A stretch of 64,000 nucleotides of DNA from Felis catus (lineage: Eukaryota). The position numbers and the translations under genes were made by a program. Positions 37,036-50,199 of the stretch are shown here, piece by piece. The stretch spans positions 203,610,001-203,674,000 of the forward strand of contig NC_058368.1 in the NCBI RefSeq assembly GCF_018350175.1, written 5' to 3'. Position 1 is the first letter of the stretch, and every line of letters starts with the position of its first letter. A model generated the notes under the pieces. That model was given only the letters and a program-made list of their open reading frames with translations, did not search any database and was not told the DNA's origin.

Positions 37036-38244
37036 GTAAATGATAGAAGGAATTTTCACCCCCTTAGGATGCTTGTATATCCCTAGTGATCAAGCATGGG
37101 GAGATCTTACTGCTCCATATTTTTTAAGGTAGGAATTCAGAGAACAAGTTTGAAGACAATCACAGAATTATTGGCAAAACAAAGAATAGAACCCAAGCTT
37201 CAGGATCCAAAGTTTCAATCAATCTCTTCCATGAATTCTGACAATTCTCTACTTCTACATTATTATCTAAATTTTATTATCTGAAATTCTTCCATCTGTT
37301 CAACCCACTAGAAATTTCATACACAGAAGTTTTTTAATGCAAAATTTATAGCGGAAGTTGGCTTCCTCAAATCAGGTCTAAATTACCCCAAGAATAAGCC
37401 TTTCCCCAAAGTACTTTGGCATTTCCTCTCCTGGCCGCAGTCAGATCCCAGAAGCCAAAAGGTGTTCTAAAGTGAAAAGGAACAGGAAGGAAAAATTAAC
37501 CAAACTCTTGAAGCTTCCAAAACTATTGGCGTCAAGTTGCATTTGCATTTTGGTGTGGATCAATCATGAAAGAAGGGGAAGGGTTATTATTCAGTCTGAT
37601 CACTCAAGTTTGCGATAAATTTTTGGTTAAGCTCTACTTGGGAGTTTCTTTGTTTAAATCCCTCCTGTTTCTTGCTGACAGTTCACTTTTAACTAGGTTC
37701 TCCTTCATGTATATTTAGACAATTTTCTTAACGGGAGCCAGAACACATTCAACATAATCAGGATGGACCTAATTAAATGGGGGACAGATGTCGATCTTTC
37801 CATAATACGTGGAAGAGTTGTAAGATTTCTTTTTAATTGAGCATGAAATATGCAACAGATTTGTTGTCACCTATGTAGAATTACGGTTCAATAAATATAT
37901 ATGATAGTGTACACATTCATACACAACAGTTTTCAAAGATAGAGGAAAATAAAAAATAAACACTTGTAGAAAATATTTTACATGTAGTTGTTACGCAATT
38001 TAGCCTAAAACCAAACTTACCAAGTTTGAGAAAGAACTACCTTCCACGCCCTTCAGTAATATGAAAGTATACTGTACCATGATGATAATCATTAGCATTT
38101 CTTGCCCCTTCTCATTACTGCCCCCCTACATGCCCAAGGTAAAGTAACAACACATTTTGTCATAAACCATTTCATAGGCTTGTTAAAGAACTAGCCTCAA
38201 CAATCTTAGTATGGTGGAGAGAATATTAATATTGGTGTCTGACA

Positions 38245-38457
38245 GGGGCACCTGGGTGGCTCAGTTGGTTAAGCGTCTGACTTCGGCTCAGGTTATGATC
38301 TCACAGTTCGTGGGTTCGAGCCCTGCGTCAGGCTCTGTGCTGACAGCTCAGAGCCTGGAGCCTGCTTCGGATTCTGTGTCTCCCTCTCTCTTTGTCCCTC
38401 CCCTGCTTGTACTCTCTCTCTCTCTCAAAAATAAATAATGAACGTTTTTTAAAAAAA
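38245..38457 (+). mobile_element. Can-SINE inserted in a MIR
   Basis: Full body; degenerate TSD ttggtgtctgaca / ttggaatctgaca; MIR-like sequence continues to ~38640. Confidence 0.92.
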
Positions 38458-39655
38458 TGTTGGAATCTGACATAACCTGCATTCAAATTCTGGCTTACTC
38501 ATTTAGCTGAATTTAAAGGAACTTTACTTACGATAAAATAGGGATTAGAATTCTCCCCTCAAAGGTTAGTATAAAAACCTGAAACAGTGCATGCAGAGCT
38601 CCTAGGGCAGCTCCTGGGTTACAGAAAATGTTCAATAAATGCAGAACCAATTGAATTCTAAGAAGAAAGCCTTAAAGATTCTTACTGATATTTGTTTCAA
38701 ATAAAAAACTGACTTGCCTCCTAAATTTTTCAGATACCTGATATAACATTAGTGTTGGAAGGGACTTAGAGATCAACCAGTTCAACCCACTCATTTCGGA
38801 GATGATGAAACAGAGACCCTGAGAAGTTAAGCGATGGAAGAGACAAGACTTCAGGTGGCCTGGCTTCAGAGTGATGACCAAAAAAATCACTAAAAAAAAT
38901 GAAATTCACAATTCCATGACTGATCACTTTAATTTTCCTGTTGTTTTTCCTCCCATCTCTTTCCATATGGATACTTCTTCTCATGTGCTGGAATTACAGC
39001 CTAAATACAATTTTATAGCTTTTTTTTTTAAGCTTATGATTTAAAAAGTAAAAGAAGAAGCAGAGTTGAAGAAACACAGAAAAAGAATATCCTGTTTGGA
39101 GAATTACTGTTATTTGATGGTCTCAACTTCTGGATGGCCAATTGTCTTCACATCTATACTCACTCGGTTAGAATTTTCTTTTTCTCCCTATCCAAGTAAA
39201 TGACCACTGTGACTTAATACCATGGTCCTCAACCAGGGATACAGTGGAGAAGAAAATCATATGTATGCAATGACAGTGTAAAAGTTTCTTTGTTAATTCT
39301 TCATCTCTTCATGCTGCATCGATAATCAATAGATTATTAATTCATAGGATTTCAAAAGTGGAATGAAGAAGCCACAAAATTATCTATGTCATACATGAAA
39401 ATTTTTCTTGTATAGTTTAAGTGAAAAAGTAAAACAGAAACTATACTCTCTTCAAGTCTCACAGATGCATGGACACTGTTGACCTCCTGTGGTCCTTTTG
39501 TCCAAGAGCCACGATCACTCACTAGGTGAGATGTCCTAAGGGAAGAGGAAGAGGGACAGAGAGGCCCTCAAGATTTGTTTGCTTTTGGCAGGTTAGCGTA
39601 TAAGGGAATTGACGTGTGGCCAGCAAAGTAGATTTATTAGGTTATGCGAGCCAGG

Positions 39656-39854
39656 TTTTTTAAATTTTATTTTTGTTTTTGTTTGTTTGAGAAAGCACAA
39701 GAGCAGAGGAGATGCAGAACGAGAGGGAGGCAGAGAGTCCAAAGTGGGCTCTGCACTGACCGCAGAACACCGACGTGGGGCTCAAACTCACAGACTGAGA
39801 TCGTGACCTGAGCTGATGTCAGACGCTTAACCGACTGAGCCATCCAGGCGCCCC
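39656..39854 (-). mobile_element. Can-SINE (older of a tandem pair)
   Basis: Diverged body ending catccaggcgcccc. Confidence 0.9.
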
Positions 39855-39866
39855 TGTAAGAGCCAG

Positions 39867-40108
39867 TTTTTTGGGGTTTTTTTTTTGGGGGGGGGGGTTT
39901 AACGTTTATTTATTTTTGAGATAGAGAGAGACAGAGCTTGAACAGGGGAGAGTCAGAGAGAGAGAGAGAGAGAGAGGGAGACACAGAATCTGAAACAGGC
40001 TCCAGGCTGTCAGCACAGAGCCTGACACGGGGCTCGAACTCACGGACCGCGAGATCATGACCTGAGCCGAAGTCGGACGCTTAACCGACTGAGCCACCCA
40101 GGCGCCCC
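39867..40108 (-). mobile_element. Young Can-SINE inserted in the TSD of the preceding SINE
   Basis: Perfect 16-bp TSD tgtaagagccagtttt at 39855 and 40109. Confidence 0.95.
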
Positions 40109-40332
40109 TGTAAGAGCCAGTTTTAATTCAACTGGCCCTAACAAGATAATGAGATAGACAACTGTTTTATGTTTTAAATGACTTTAAAACATTTCTATAA
40201 ATATTCAGAATAAAGATAACATTAATAGAAGCACAAGAAAACAACTGTAATACAATAGAATTGGCACTTCTATTCCAAGAATAAGCTTTAGCTTCATCAC
40301 AAAGTTCAAAACAGTAACTGAGTGTCAGTAAC

Positions 40333-40369
40333 TCTGTGTCTCCCTCTTTCTCTGACCCTCCCCTGTTCA

Positions 40370-40400
<31 letters not shown>

Positions 40401-40434
40401 AAAAATAAACAAACGTTAAAAAAAAAAAAAAAAA
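40333..40434 (+). mobile_element. 5'-truncated Can-SINE
   Basis: Only the 3' half and a pure A tail remain; 15-bp TSD aaaacagtaactgag at 40308 and 40431. Confidence 0.92.
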
Positions 40435-40802
40435 CAGTAACTGAGCAACCCCATCTGATACAGTAATACTGCATGTAGTTGTTGAAAATATAAACGATCT
40501 ATTTCTCCAAAGTAAAATTTTATCAATGAGCTTGAAAGTAAAGCTTTTCTAAAAAATACACACTCATTATGTGGAAAGAGTAATTTGAAAATAAAGGCTT
40601 GGAAATGTTTCTATTGTTATGATTTTATATTGAAAATTATATATATTACTTAAAAAAATCTCAAATATCTGTGCCTATGCACAAACATGTGCATACATAT
40701 ACAGACCCACACACTGTGAATTCTTTTTCCTAATTCCATTTTCATAGCTTTGCCCCTAAAACAATCCTCCTCTTTATATTTTGTTTAAAATTTGAAGATA
40801 CA

Positions 40803-40834
40803 GTGCTCGCTTCGGCAGCACATATACTAAAATT
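40803..40834 (+). pseudogene. 3'-truncated (tailless) U6 snRNA retropseudogene
   Basis: gtgctcgcttcggcagcacatatactaaaatt equals U6 nt 1-32 exactly, starting at the U6 +1 G. Flanked by a 17-bp direct repeat taaaatttgaaga(t/a)aca. Confidence 0.93.
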
Positions 40835-41289
40835 TGAAGAAACAGAGCAAACAAAGTGTTCTTCCTTTACATAACCTCATTATAAGGCTGTAAGGGTTTT
40901 ATAATAAAGTGAATTTCAGTTAAAATACAATTCTATTAAAAAAATGTGAGTACTTGTACATATTCTAGGCACTTTGCTAAAGGCTGTGAGGTTGTAAAAA
41001 ATCAAGGACTAATTATCTCTATCTGCGATGGCAGCAATATAAAAGGAATCATGGACAAGTAGATAAATAATCTCGCACAAAATATAATGTGATAATATAA
41101 TAAATACATATTATAGAAAAGACTGGGTAAATGCTGGGTCATGGAGAAAAAGTATTCAAATTTGGCCGTTCAAAACAGGGTAAGATTTTAACAGGTGATT
41201 TTAGGTGAAGAGAAAGAGGAGAAGCACAAAGCCAAATGAATAGTACCATTAAGGCGAGGAGAAGGGAACCAAGGGAAAAGGGTGTTGGG

Positions 41290-42075
41290 ATAATCAATAT
41301 CTGCTTTTTCATCATAGCTTTATCACATATGGATATACTCCTAAGCAACTTACTATTTAGTTTAACTTACTTTTGAACTTCATGTGAAAGAAACCAACTG
41401 TATGTACTTTGTTATTTTTTTAAATTTTTTTTAACGTTTATTTATTTTTGAGACAGAGAGCATGAATGAGAGAGGGTCAGAGAGAGGGAGACACAGAATC
41501 TGAAACAGGCTCCAGGCTCTGAGCTGTCAGCACAGAGCCTGACGCGGGGCTCAAACTCACGGACCACGAGATCATGACCTGAGCTGAAGTCGGACGCTTA
41601 AACGACTGAGCCACCCAGGCGCCCCTGTATTTTGTTATTTTACCCAAATTTGGGTTTGAGACTCATCCACGTTGAAAAATTGGCTGTAGTTAGTTCATAT
41701 TTTTTTGCCGTTTTATAAAGATGTAACTAATTATTCTAGTATTAAAGAATCTAGGTTTTGTTTATTTTTTTTAGTTTTTGCTGGTGTAACACGTCTTCAA
41801 GGATGTGCACACACCTAGTAGCGAAATTGCTGGTATGTGGCGCATTTATTACTTTACACGGTAATATGAAATGGTTTTTCACAGCAATGGTAATAGTTAC
41901 ACTTCCATGACATTCCCATCCCTACAAATCCTTACCAACACATTGTATTTTTAGAACTTAAAAAAAATAGTTTAGTGACCTGGTGGTGTGAAATGGTAAC
42001 TCACTGCTACCATTAATAATCCTGAAAATAAAAGTTATTAATAAAGATGAGTATTTCATATGTTTATAGGTCATT
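41290..42075 (-). mobile_element. Old L1M(E)-like fragment interrupted by a SINE
   Basis: tttgagactcatccacgttg; acacacctagtagcgaaattgctgg; tccttaccaacacattgtatt; ttcatatgtttataggtcatt. Confidence 0.6.
41415..41625 (-). mobile_element. Can-SINE
   Basis: TSD tgtactttgttatttt / tgtattttgttatttt. Confidence 0.94.
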
Positions 42076-45000
42076 CTTGGCATAAGGTATGTCCCCAGTA
42101 ATGGTTTCTTAAATTAATGAAGAATAATCAAACAGCACTACGTGAATTCTATCAAATCATGAATAGTGGCATAGTAAGATCCTACTGTTTTTATGAGGGT
42201 ACCAAGGATTTTGAAAACAAAACCAATGGTATTTGGAAAATGTCGCTATATATCTTTTAGAGTTGTGGTCGGTTCTGTAGAAACAAAGCAGAATGGTATG
42301 TTTCTTATTTAACTCTAATTTTTCTTATCATTTGCACTGGATCTACAAGAATATTTGCTTCTAATTAGAGTAATGCTCAGATAACATTGGCTTGCCCTTA
42401 AATTTCCCAAACTGTTTGATAGGCAGTTTAAAATTAGATTTACTAACCATTATTTAACAGATCTGTAGTTACAGATCACAGGAATATTTAAAAATCATGA
42501 CCACAGATCAGTTGTAATTGCTGGCTCAATATCCACTATAGAAGCGCCCCTAATGTTTTGTTAAGTTAAACATAGGTTCCAGCCATGGAGAACTTATTTC
42601 AGGTTTCTGAATGTGCCTGACCTTTGTGCCTCAAGGTTTTTAAATATGCAGTTCTTTCTGTTATTAATTCTTCCATCAGTTTCTGGGTCCACGGTTTCCT
42701 TAGACTCTATGTATCAAAAATTTATATTTTCAATATTGACATTAACCCACTGTGGCAGATGCTTACAATCATTTCCTCCTTCCCTTTTTCACACAATTAT
42801 ATTTTACTTTATCACCTTTCCTCATTATTCTTTGAACAGAGAAAAATCATGTAGAAAGCTATTATTTTAAAGTAATATTTTTCAAATAATCTTTATATAT
42901 TTGTATAATATCCACACAGTCCAAGAACCTAATGGATATTTTTCTTATTAAAGACATATGTTACAATAAAATTAATGGTACAGTCATTGGAATCTTTTGT
43001 TTGTTCTTACACCTTTAACATTTGTGAGTGGTTGTATTTTTGCCACTATAAATTTTATATATATTTTTTGGATGGCTATTTTTATAAATATATGTTAACT
43101 ATTTGAGTTAATCCCATCTGGGATTTTCTGCCACACTTAATATATATAGTTTAAATAAGAAAGAAAGAATGTTTAATTCACCATTCCAATAAAGGTAATA
43201 AAAATAAATAATTTCCAGAAAAGAAATAAAAGAATCAAGTCAACAGAATCATGTAGACACCAAATTAAGTATTTTTACTTATGCAAGTATGATCATATCA
43301 TTCTATATAAGAAAATGAAGCTTCCCTTCTGAGGCCAGAGGTGAGCCCTTCCCCTCCATAAAATGCAGAGCATAAGGTTATTTCTTAGAACTTCCCATTT
43401 TGTTTTGGTTTTCTATTTGCTTCCTCTTGAAATAGTGTGCCATTTCCCAGGTTTTAGACATTATTATACATTTATGACTATAGCATTTAATATTAGAAAT
43501 ACACTATTTTGGAAGGGTTTGTATGCACATTTTTTTCAACTTTATTCTCTAAGCATTTTTCTAGACAGTAAAGATCAGTTCTGCACACTGGAGACAAAAA
43601 TGTTTCAATTTCCATCCTCTTACTCTCAACATTCAAATTCTTCCCCTAGATCATAAGGAAGGCTAGAAAACATCTGGGTTCTTTATTGCCTGCCCTCCTT
43701 TTGCAGAGATCTTCCTGTTACTTCCAGGAATTATTGAGGTTGCCTTCTCTAAGACACTAGTCATTCCATATAAGGAGGTGAACTAGCATTTCATTTCTGT
43801 TTCAAGCACATCAAGGTTTACCTTCAGCCCCCACACCCGCCGCCAAGCTCCTTCCACGGTGAATAACTTAGGTGTTTTCAAAACACGGTATGTTATCCCA
43901 GGAGTAAAGAGACATTAGAAGGAAACAGAGAGTAGATATATAGCTCTCCCTTGCCTGGAGTACTTAATGTGAGGTGGGGATGTATTGCATTGAAGGTTCT
44001 TCAAATTGACCATCCTCATATCCTCTTTTCAAAATACTAGTCTATTTGATATCTTCCTTATGTTAAATATAATAAAACAATCTTTTTAGTCTGATTCCAG
44101 CCAAGTTTTCCATTTTTTAATGTTTTATATTTCACCCCAAATTACTAAATATTACTAGTTAAAGTTAGATATGGATTTATTGATTTTATTTAACACTTAA
44201 TACGTACAGATACTGAAGAAGAAACAATATCCTTTGTAGTTTCTCATGTTAGGTCAATACATCTTGTTAAAGAAAGTGTTTTGTTACTTCATCATGTGAC
44301 CTTCCTTTGTGTGCGTGTGAATTAAAGCAACTTGCACACACATGCACACGGAAGCAAATCCTATTAGTTGGAGAAACCTAATCTTCTGCATGTTCTATAA
44401 TAATTCCTGCTGAAGTAATTTAATTACTTTTAAATATTTCTTGGATTTTTAAGATTTTATTATGCTGGTGTTTTTCCAATTCTGTAAGGAATTATGAATT
44501 TTATTATTTCAAGTTACCAAAAAACTCTGGTGGTTAGCAAATAATTCTGTGTTTTTGTGTTTGTATTGGACAGCACTCTCAGCACAGATGAGTGGTCTAT
44601 AAATGAATTCAGAAACCTAACTATAAGCCATCCCGTTACAACTTGGGCATGCGAATCCCAGGGGAAAAAATGATTCAGCTGCATCTCAATACCTTATAGA
44701 ATAATTAGGACCCTTAGGTGTGGAATTTCACCTCATCAATTCCATTCACTAGTTAGAATTCCAACATGTTATTTTTCTTGTGACCTCTCTCACGCTGTGC
44801 TATGCGGTGAATACAGTACAGTGCACCTCTGACCGATAATTAAGACAACTTGCTATTGGGGGAAGTGTCAATGGAGCCCCTACTGTGGATTTGACAGTAA
44901 GCATTTTTGTCTGATCATTAAGCACTTCTCTTTTAAGAGTTTCTCCAACCATTCCTATTTAGGAATATGCCTAAGTAACCCATTTCTATTTCCTGAAATT

Positions 45001-45145
45001 GATCTAAGTGACACAAAGATTGGTAGGACTGAGAGCAGCAAATTGAGAACCTACGGTCTCATCCCAGCCACTAGTTTTTGTTTTGTTTTGCTTTTTAGAC
45101 ATTTAACCCTAGCAAGGGTAATGCCATGAAAGAAATGCATGACAA

Positions 45146-45329
45146 TTTTTTTAAGTTTATTTATTTATTTATTTTGAGAGCGAGTCGGGGAGGAGCAGAG
45201 GGAGAGAGAGAATCCCAAGCAGGCTTCGCACTGTCAGCACGGAGCTCAGTGTGGGGCTCCAACTTACAAACCATGAGATCATGACCTGAGCCTAAGTCGA
45301 CACTTAACCAACTGAGTCACCGAGTGCCC
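45146..45329 (-). mobile_element. Can-SINE
   Basis: Diverged body; TSD tgacaattt. Confidence 0.9.
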
Positions 45330-45428
45330 TGACAATTTATTTAAATAGAACTATCGGTCTTGCTGGGAACAAAAGGAATGGAGACAAAATTTAGACATGT
45401 GAAACGGAAAATTAAAAAGTGAATCAGG

Positions 45429-45654
45429 GGGGCGCCTGGGTGGCGCAGTCGGTTAAGCGTCCAACTTCAGCTAGGTCACGATCTCGCGGTCCGTGAGTTC
45501 GAGCCCCGCGTCAGGCTCTGGGCTGATGGCTCAGAGCCTGGAGCCTGTTTCCGATTCTGTGTCTCCCTCTCTCTCTGCCCCTCCCCCGTTCATGCTCTGT
45601 CTCTCTCTGTCGCAAAAATAAATAAACGTTGAAAAAAAATATTAAAAAGAAAAA
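45429..45654 (+). mobile_element. Young SINEC_Fc
   Basis: Near-consensus and CpG-rich; perfect 15-bp TSD aaaaagtgaatcagg. Confidence 0.96.
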
Positions 45655-46683
45655 AAAAAGTGAATCAGGTCTCAGCCTAATGTTGACATCCCAACTAGAA
45701 TGTAAATGACATTGGCAACAGGGACCTTGGCTGTCTTATTCAGCTCCATCCTCAGGGTCTAAGACACTGCCTGGTACACAGTAACAATGAACTTTATAGT
45801 CTGGACCTTTTCTGACCATCATCTTGATCGTGAATGTGACAGCACACGAAAAAAGAAGAGTTCATTAGAGTTGGCACACGCGAAAAGCACTTCCTCCTCG
45901 GAGCAAACAGGATCTCAACAATCAAGTGCATCTTTAGTTCTTACAGAGTTGTTAACTAAGAACTAATGAACATCTGTCGTGATTGATAAAGAACTCGCCT
46001 CGACCATATTTCACTGACTTTGAAATCCTTCACCACATTTGAAAACCATTTCTTTTTCTACCAGCAGTACTCCTACTGTTGTGCTATCAATAATGCTTAG
46101 GTAACTTTTAACATGCTTATTCTTGAAATATTTCCCCTCATGGACTTCCTATACACAAAAATTCAATTGTTTCCATTTAATATTTTTGAATTCCATTATC
46201 ACAGTATAAATACGAATGAGACACAGTTCATTCCTCAAGGACTTCAAAATCCAGTATGCTTAAAATAGAAATCCCATTCTGAATAATAAATGCAACACTA
46301 GGAAGCAGAGAAACCAGATATTATTGGGGACTAACTGTGTTCTAAGCTTAGGATCAGGCAATATTCTTTGGCTTTCCATGATCTTGCAAGTTAGGTTATA
46401 TAATATGTAATGTTTAATGTTATATCTGAGGATTCTATGTTCATGGACATAGAATATCTTCCAAACCAAACCAAGAACTTGTACTCCTGGGATTCACACT
46501 TCATTGAGCTGAATACACTGTACTACAACTTGTACTTCTGAAATCCAAACTCCACCATACTGATTACCCCATAGTGTGTTGCTTCTTCCATTTGTCTCTT
46601 TGCTATTCCTCCTCCTCTGATTCCCTGGCATATCCTCTGGCACGAGGTGAAAGATATTAATAATTGCCCAAGCTTACATCTTC

Positions 46684-46902
46684 TTTTTTTTAATTTTTTA
46701 ACATTTATTTATTATTGAGAGACAGAGAGACACAGAGCGTGAGCAGGGGAGGGCCAGAGAGAGGGAGACACAGAATCGGAAGCAGGCTCCAGGCTCTGAG
46801 TTGTCACCACAGAGCCCAATGTGGGGCTCGAACTCACAAACTGTGAGATCATGACCTGAGCCGAAGTCGGTCACCCAACCAACTGAGCCACCCAGGAGCC
46901 CC
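46684..46902 (-). mobile_element. Can-SINE
   Basis: TSD agcttacatcttcttt / agcttacatattcttt. Confidence 0.94.
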
Positions 46903-49319
46903 TGAGCTTACATATTCTTTGGTAAGATGTTTCTAACGTCCTAAAATTTCTTCTCAGTATCAATGAAACCATATAATTTGATATAGTGACCTCATATTCT
47001 GTGTTTTAATAAATGCAAAATTGGTATTGTGTTATGGGAAATCTAAGGCACAACTCGAGAGGATTCAAACGCTGTTTTACTAAAGATGCAAAGAACTCAA
47101 CAAGAATATCTTCCCATGGCTATCACAAGGCTTTGCGGGGTTTAGATACATCCCCTTTGGCCAAATAAGACCTTTCAGTCTAAAGTCTAGTATCAAAGTG
47201 ATATTTTCATTTAAATCTGCTAAATGGTTCAAATACTTAAATTCATCTGTAAAAACACATAAGGACTTACATATATTTCTATTGGTTTTATCTGAATCGG
47301 GATCACCAGATTGCAGGTTTTTAATAAGGTACTCTGCTAACTAGACCCCCAAACTTAAATTGTGAGTTCAAAACAAACTTGTAAAAACTAATAGATGCCA
47401 TTTATGTGCCCTAAGTCTTGCCTCCGATTTTATAAAGTTCTTTTTCCAATGGCATCATTCATATAAAAGAAGTATGTTTGTTTTAAGTTTTTCCCTCTCC
47501 TCTCCACATTTGTGGTAACATTTCACTCTTAGTTATTAATATTAGAATACAGAAAGTGTTCTCTGAGCAATGGTGTGGCTACTGTGGCTGGAAAAACAGG
47601 AGAATCTGCTTACAAAGAATTAGCCACCAAAGCAAATAAACTGGTTTTGAACTATACAAGCTGCCCACAAAATGTTTCTGGGCTTTTTGACCCTGTTTTT
47701 TCCTTTGAGTAAACAGAATTCAAGGACATGAACACCAACCATTGCTGACAAAAAGTTCTTAGACTTCACTTACTGAATTCTCACTTTCTCTTGTTTCTGA
47801 AATGATGCTACCCCTCTGGAGGGCAACCGCCTTTAAAATCAATCTCACTTTCTTCCAGCTCAAGTACATCTTAAAGTTATTTTGACAGGACAGCAGGAAG
47901 TAACATATCCTTTAATCTTCTTGGCAACATTTCATATTTTAAAAGCTTTACATATTTAATTTGGCATTCTTATCTGAAAGAAAAAAGTGGGGAAAAAATT
48001 GTGCATGACACTCAAAGCCATAGAACGGTGACAGGCCATGCGACACTGTCTTCTGTATAGGTACCCTCTCAGACAGCAGATTGAAAAGGTAAGCTTACTT
48101 GTGTGTACAGAGAACTAATTGGAGTATTTTACTGCCTCTGACTGAAGATTTTATTTCTCTGGGCTGACTAGTTCTTAGAAATAATTCCATATAATCTTAT
48201 ATCACTTTGCTTCCTATGCAGCTAAGGATCTTGGTTCAGTGTCTAACATGCACTAGCTTTGAAGAATATTTGAGACAAATATTTGAACAAATGAATAAGG
48301 TATATAGAGAAATATTTAGGGAAAACTAAAAATCCTATCATTATGGAATATATAATGGCCCTCTAAAATAACTATTTAACCATCAAATGGGTCGCTTTTA
48401 GTGTGTCTACATTATACTGATGTAGAAATACCAGATGTTTTTACTTAGTTCATGGAGGTGGCCTGAAAATAATTATTTCCTCTTTTGAGGGCCTTGCAGA
48501 CATGTGGCAGAAAAAAAATTTTCAATGCCTTATAGCTCTGGTGGAGGCACATATAATGGTACATCTATCATCAAGGGAGCTAGGAAGAAACACCTTGGCA
48601 GCTTATGAACATAGCACTGTCATATTATATAAGGTGCCCTGTAAAGCCCAGGCTGAAAAATCTATATTAAAGAGATAGGAACCTACCATGTTTCAAGTCA
48701 ATGATTTGAAGAAAATTTAACATTTAAGTTAAAAGTAAATAAAAGCTGAACTATCACCAGACCACATTTTGCTTCACTTGCAAGTTATTATCTATTAACA
48801 GGTTCATCCTGTAGGCAATTCAGAAAGACAGACATTTTTTATGAAATGCACAGTGACATGCTGGGTTCCAAGATATCTGAAGGTCTTTTCAACTGTCACC
48901 AACAGGCTTCCTGTTCAGGAAATCTTTTCATTTTTGTCCCTTCCTTATAACTTATTAAGCATATGTTTTTGGGTGATGAGATGCCATGATGCAGATCACA
49001 TGCCTTTTTCTGTCCACAAATTATTTGAACTCAGCCAAACCAATTTCAGATCTGTTGTTGAAAACAACAGTTCTTGTCAATCTGTGTTGGATATAACAAC
49101 TGCGGAGTTGTGACTGCATCATCGGAGATTTGAAATAACACCAAGAGTGAGTTGAACCATGGGAAGTCCCAACCAATGAATAAATTATTTTCTTTGAAGG
49201 GCTCTGAAAATCCAAGTCGAATCCTGACCAAGCTTCTTAATGACATCCTATACATAGAAAAATAAGCTGACTTTACTAAATTAATAAGTGACCAGTCATT
49301 AAATTCCTGTCTAGATTTT

Positions 49320-50120
49320 GGTTCAATTTCAAATTGCTCATTACCAGTATGTAGCAATACAGATTCTTCTTATATTTTGACCTAGTATCCTCTGACCTTG
49401 CTAAAGTCAATTTTTAAGTCTAATAACTTTTTTGTAGGTTCTGTGCATACTCTTCATAGACAATCATCTCATCTATTAATACAGTACGTTTTATTCCTTT
49501 CTCTCCAATCTCTATGGCATCTATTTATTGCACTGGTTATGACCTCCAGCAAAGCGTCAAATAGTAGTGAGATGAGAGGGAGCATATTTCCCCCTTTGCC
49601 AATCTTAAGGGTTAAAGAATTCAGCCTTTCACAAAGAAGTGTTATGTTAATTCTATTTGGAGGGTGGGGGATGGGAGGGGAGTAGATCCCTTCACTGGGT
49701 TGAGAAAATAAACATTTATTTCTAGTTTGTCAAGAGTTTTATCATGAATGGATGTTGAATTTTGTCAACTGCTTCTTTTGTATAAATATGATCATATGGA
49801 CTTTCTTCTTTAATTATTGACATGTTGATTGCATTGATTTTGAGTACTGAACTAGCCCCGCTTCTCCAGGATAAATCCCACTCAACCTTGGTGTATTAAC
49901 ATTTTCCTAAAATTACTGATTTTAATTTGATTATATCTTACTGAGGATTTTTGTATCTATCCTCATGAGAAATACCAGTCTATGGTTTTCTCTTCTTGTA
50001 ATGTCTGGTTTTGTTAGAAGGTTCTGACTTCATAAAATGAATCTAGAAGTTATTATTCTTCTTCTGTGGTCTGGAAAAGTTTGTGTAGAATTGGTATTTC
50101 TTTCTTGAATGTTTGGTGTA
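49320..50120 (-). mobile_element. Old L1M ORF2 fragment (antisense)
   Basis: atcatgaatggatgttgaattttgtcaactgcttc; ggataaatcccactc; cttcataaaatgaat are antisense L1 ORF2 RT-region motifs. Confidence 0.75.
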
Positions 50121-50199
50121 TCAATTCCACTCCACTGAAAGTACTTTAAAATCAGGAATTTCGAGTAAACCATCTGCACCATAAGTAGGAGTCCTCAAT

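Noticed and set aside
40803..40910. Functional U6 snRNA gene
   Set aside because: Only the 5' ~30 nt are present; the 3' two-thirds and the terminal U tract are missing, and it is flanked by a TSD.
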